Assembly: GCA_035573235.1 (NCBI GenBank)
Contig: DATMZX010000298.1
Location: forward strand, 1-39,539
Origin: Gemmatimonadales bacterium
GTDB lineage: Bacteria > Gemmatimonadota > Gemmatimonadetes > Gemmatimonadales > GWC2-71-9
DNA length: 39,539 nucleotides
Reading direction: 5' to 3'
The notes below the pieces were generated by a model. It was not told the origin of the DNA and ran no database searches. It was given only the letters and a program-made list of their open reading frames with translations. The position numbers and the translations under genes were made by a program. Shown in pieces: positions 37,068 to 39,539 of the stretch; positions within the stretch are counted from its first letter, which is position 1; each line of letters begins with the position of its first letter.

Positions 37068-37696
37068 AACGGCGTGACCGATTGCTCGTTGCCCTGCTCG
37101 CGTCTTCCGCGTGTGGGCATGGCACGCCCGCACCGGAGACGCCGAGACCCGCCGCGGAACGGCCTCCTCCTCCCGCGCGGTCCGTGCGGTTACCAACGCT
37201 GGATGACCTGCTGCAGCAGGATGTGACGGCCGACTCGGCCTTTCCCTGGTCCGCGAGGCGACGGCTCACCTGGAGCGATTTCCGCGCGCGGCCACCCGGC
37301 GACGGCGACGAGGTCGCGAAGACGGCGTACACGCTGTTCTACGCCTGGAAATGCCGAGGCGACGCGTTCGACTTCCGTGCCATTGCCGCGTTCCGACCCC
37401 GGCAGTCCTGGGTCAAGGCGATCGCGCTGAACGATGCCGTCCTGCGCCGCAGCACGCTGGGACATGAGCAGACCCATTTCGATCTCGCGGAGGCGCACGC
37501 GCGACGCATGCGCGGCTATTTCCGCACGCTCGCCGGCGCGTGCGGGAAAACGGACGAGGAGCTCAGGGCGCTCGCGGGCCAGCTGATTCAGGCGGAGAAA
37601 GCGGAACAGCGCCGCTACGATGCAGAGACGGACCACGGCCAGCGTTCGGAAAGGCAGGCCGCGTGGACCGATGAGGTCGCTCGGCGGCTGCAATGA
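37064..37696 (+). CDS. DUF922-like putative zinc metalloprotease, probable lipoprotein
   Basis: 210 aa. Its TTG overlaps the upstream TGA (TTGA). It has N-terminal LLVALLASSAC and an HExxH motif (GHEQTHFDL) in the position typical of DUF922. Confidence 0.65.
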   Translation: MKRRDRLLVALLASSACGHGTPAPETPRPAAERPPPPARSVRLPTLDDLLQQDVTADSAFPWSARRRLTWSDFRARPPGDGDEVAKTAYTLFYAWKCRGDAFDFRAIAAFRPRQSWVKAIALNDAVLRRSTLGHEQTHFDLAEAHARRMRGYFRTLAGACGKTDEELRALAGQLIQAEKAEQRRYDAETDHGQRSERQAAWTDEVARRLQ

Positions 37697-38178
37697 GGCT
37701 CGGCGTCATCTCGGATACGCACGGCATGCTGCGGCCGCAGGTGTTCGAGGTCTTTCGCGAAGTCGATCACATCCTGCACGGCGGCGACATCGGGGCGTGG
37801 GAGTTGATCGTCGAGCTCCAGGCGCTGGCGCCGGTCACGGCCGTGTACGGGAATACCGACGGGTTCGACATTCGTTCGCGCGTCCCTCAAGTGGCCGAGA
37901 TCGAGCTCGATGGGTTTCCGATCGTGGTGACGCATGGAGATCAGTTCGGCACTCCGAATCCCGCCAAGCTGCACGATGCATTTCCGCAGGCCGACATCAT
38001 CATTTTTGGGCATAGTCACCGCCCACTGCTCGAGCTTGTCGACAAGACGGTGACCGTGATGAATCCGGGCGGGGCGGGGGCACCCCGGTTCGGGATTCCG
38101 CCGAGTGTGGGGATTTTGGAGCTCGAGACGGGGATACCGCCGCGCGGGAGGATCGTGACGCTCGTAGCGCACCATTAG
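37693..38178 (+). CDS. YfcE/MJ0936-family metallophosphoesterase
   Basis: 161 aa with an ATGA overlap. It has ISDTHG, HGGD, GNTD and GHSH motifs in canonical order. Confidence 0.85.
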   Translation: MRLGVISDTHGMLRPQVFEVFREVDHILHGGDIGAWELIVELQALAPVTAVYGNTDGFDIRSRVPQVAEIELDGFPIVVTHGDQFGTPNPAKLHDAFPQADIIIFGHSHRPLLELVDKTVTVMNPGGAGAPRFGIPPSVGILELETGIPPRGRIVTLVAHH

Positions 38179-38246
38179 TCCCATCCATCCCGATAGCACG
38201 GTGTTTGCACTGAATGGGACCCGAGTCCAAACCAGGTGTCTGGTCC

Positions 38247-39539
38247 ATGCCGCACCGCGCAGTCCTCCTTGTTATCGCCACAACCCTCATCGTCGCGTGC
38301 GACCACACGCCAGCAGATTTGCCACCGCCGCCGCCCTCTGGTCTTGTCCCTCCTGAAAACCATGTACCGGTCGCGTCCATCACCGCTCCGGCCACGGCGG
38401 AGGAGGGAATCGGAATCACATTCGATGGACGTGGCTCTGCTGATGCCGACAAGGACAGTCTGACGTTCGCATGGGACCTCGGTGATGGCTCGCAGGTGCC
38501 GGGCTCGCTGATCACTCATGGGTTTGCAGCAGCAGGGAGCTATACGGTCCGGCTCATTGTGCGTGATCCTCGGGCCGCCGCCGATACTGCTTCGGTAATC
38601 GTCCGCATCACAGCTCCTGCTCCCGCTCCCGGCGGCTACGATGTGATCGACCTCGGGACGCTCGGCGGAAATGCCGCAATGCCGATCGCATTGAACGATT
38701 CAGGTCAAGTGGTCGGTGTCAGTCTCACCGTTTCGGGCCAGCGTCATGCGTTCCTGTGGGAGGCCGGTACGATGCGCGATCTCGCGCCGGACCTCCCGAG
38801 CAGTACCGCAGACGTCATCGCCAACTCGGGGGCGATCGGGGGCGTGGATTACTCTTTGTCCTATGCGCCTCGGCTGTTGCTGTGGCGAGACGGTACGAGA
38901 ACGAATCTGCCTTTGATCTATGTGCCGGGAGAAGGCAGGGTTGCCCATCTCGTGGGTGTGTCGGAAGCTGGTGATGTGGTCGCTTGGCTTGGTAGCGATC
39001 GTTATCGCTCGGCCGTCTGGCATGACGGGGTTCCAGACGAGCTGGGTACGCTGGCGGGGCCGAGTACCGAGGTGATGGCAACGAATCCCAACGGCGCAAT
39101 GGTTGGCTCGAGCATGATCGGAGAATTCAAGGGCGACGAGATCCGTCACGCGTTTCTATGGAACAACGGGACGATGCGCGATTTGGGCCTGCTCGGCGAC
39201 TACTTCTGTGATGGTCCAACTCCTCCCAGAAGCTGTGGACACTCCAGGGCTACGGCCATCAACGCGAACGGCCAGGTGCTCGGAGCAAGCTCGACTGCGG
39301 CAGGTTACGAAGAGCACATCGTTGTGTGGCGAGACGACCAGATCTGGGATCTCGGGATCGGGCAGCCGGTCGGACTCAATGCTGCCGGCGACGTCGTGGG
39401 TAACGTGGGTCCAAGCGCCGCGATCTGGCGCGGTGGGAACGGCACGCCCGAGTTCATAGGATCGCTTGGTGGCGATAGCACCGTGGCCGTAGCACTAAGC
39501 AATGCCGGTACGATAGCCGGTTCGAGCTTCACCGCCGCG
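38247..39539 (+). CDS. Lipoprotein with a PKD domain followed by HAF-family extracellular repeats (partial, runs off the right edge)
   Basis: Absent from the ORF track because it is open-ended. It has an ATG at 38247 and a lipobox LIVAC. The PKD-like part is ITFDGRGSADADKDSLTFAWDLGDGS...GSYTVRLIVRD. Repeats follow of the type HAFLWEAGTMRDL / HAFLWNNGTMRDLGLLG / AINANGQVLGAS. It is in frame for 431 codons to the window end. Confidence 0.75.
   Translation, partial: MPHRAVLLVIATTLIVACDHTPADLPPPPPSGLVPPENHVPVASITAPATAEEGIGITFDGRGSADADKDSLTFAWDLGDGSQVPGSLITHGFAAAGSYTVRLIVRDPRAAADTASVIVRITAPAPAPGGYDVIDLGTLGGNAAMPIALNDSGQVVGVSLTVSGQRHAFLWEAGTMRDLAPDLPSSTADVIANSGAIGGVDYSLSYAPRLLLWRDGTRTNLPLIYVPGEGRVAHLVGVSEAGDVVAWLGSDRYRSAVWHDGVPDELGTLAGPSTEVMATNPNGAMVGSSMIGEFKGDEIRHAFLWNNGTMRDLGLLGDYFCDGPTPPRSCGHSRATAINANGQVLGASSTAAGYEEHIVVWRDDQIWDLGIGQPVGLNAAGDVVGNVGPSAAIWRGGNGTPEFIGSLGGDSTVAVALSNAGTIAGSSFTAA

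Noticed and set aside
35217-37196. 659-aa minus-strand ORF, and similar long antisense ORFs at 27366-28721, 28574-30163, 19819-21189, 9890-11461 (+), 31649-33493 (+) and 1632-2807 (+)
   Set aside because: Each lies opposite a gene with strong family signatures. The translations are low-complexity and Arg/His/Asp-rich. None has a plausible start context.
38179-39539. Lower-GC right end as a mobile element or genomic island
   Set aside because: No integrase, transposase, tRNA target or flanking direct repeat is visible within the window. Only the compositional shift of one gene is supported, and it is reported as a finding rather than as a mobile element.

Overview
The window is a very GC-rich bacterial chromosomal segment in which third codon positions are almost all G/C and long antisense shadow ORFs are common. 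It is densely packed with about 43 protein-coding genes. I recognise no rRNA, tRNA, CRISPR array, transposase, integrase or phage gene. No intergenic gap is long enough for a typical riboswitch.

Gene content from left to right:
- 1-1243 (-): two tandem paralogous MEDS-domain genes.
- 1316-11440 (-): a 13-gene co-directional string, many of whose genes are joined by 1-4 nt stop/start overlaps. In map order it holds MarC, a membrane GGDEF cyclase, moeA, mobB, mobA, a beta-barrel OMP, a CoA-binding protein, fdhD, a QueD/PTPS-like protein, a Tup/Mod-type ABC ATPase and permease with no binding-protein gene, a second OMP and gpmI.
- 11451-18154 (+): housekeeping genes, namely two hypothetical proteins, guaB, an APC permease, nrnA and mrp/apbC.
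- 18156-23552: a signalling island. It holds a TPR-like ORF that lacks a proper stop, a NarL-type response regulator, a MASE1-GGDEF cyclase and a complete RsbR-RsbS-RsbT-RsbX stressosome module with no RsbU/V/W or SigB.
- 23620-26541: a MATE exporter coupled to a DUF62 SAM hydrolase, then an ECF sigma factor with a short soluble ZAS anti-sigma factor.
- 26567-34132: a late menaquinone module (UbiE/MenG, UbiD-like, UbiA-like, UbiX). It is interrupted by a translationally coupled exported amidase and by an opposite-strand oligopeptidase B.
- 34120-38178 (+): a translationally coupled string that contains an unusual secreted VanX-type D-Ala-D-Ala dipeptidase fused to an M1 metallopeptidase. It also holds a SnoaL-like protein, a DUF922 HExxH lipoprotein and a YfcE phosphoesterase.
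- 38247-39539 (+): a PKD + HAF-repeat lipoprotein gene with visibly different codon usage, running off the right edge.

The two candidates most worth following up are the orphan stressosome next to the c-di-GMP cyclase and the VanX-M1 fusion operon. All family calls come from reading motifs by eye. No database search was run.
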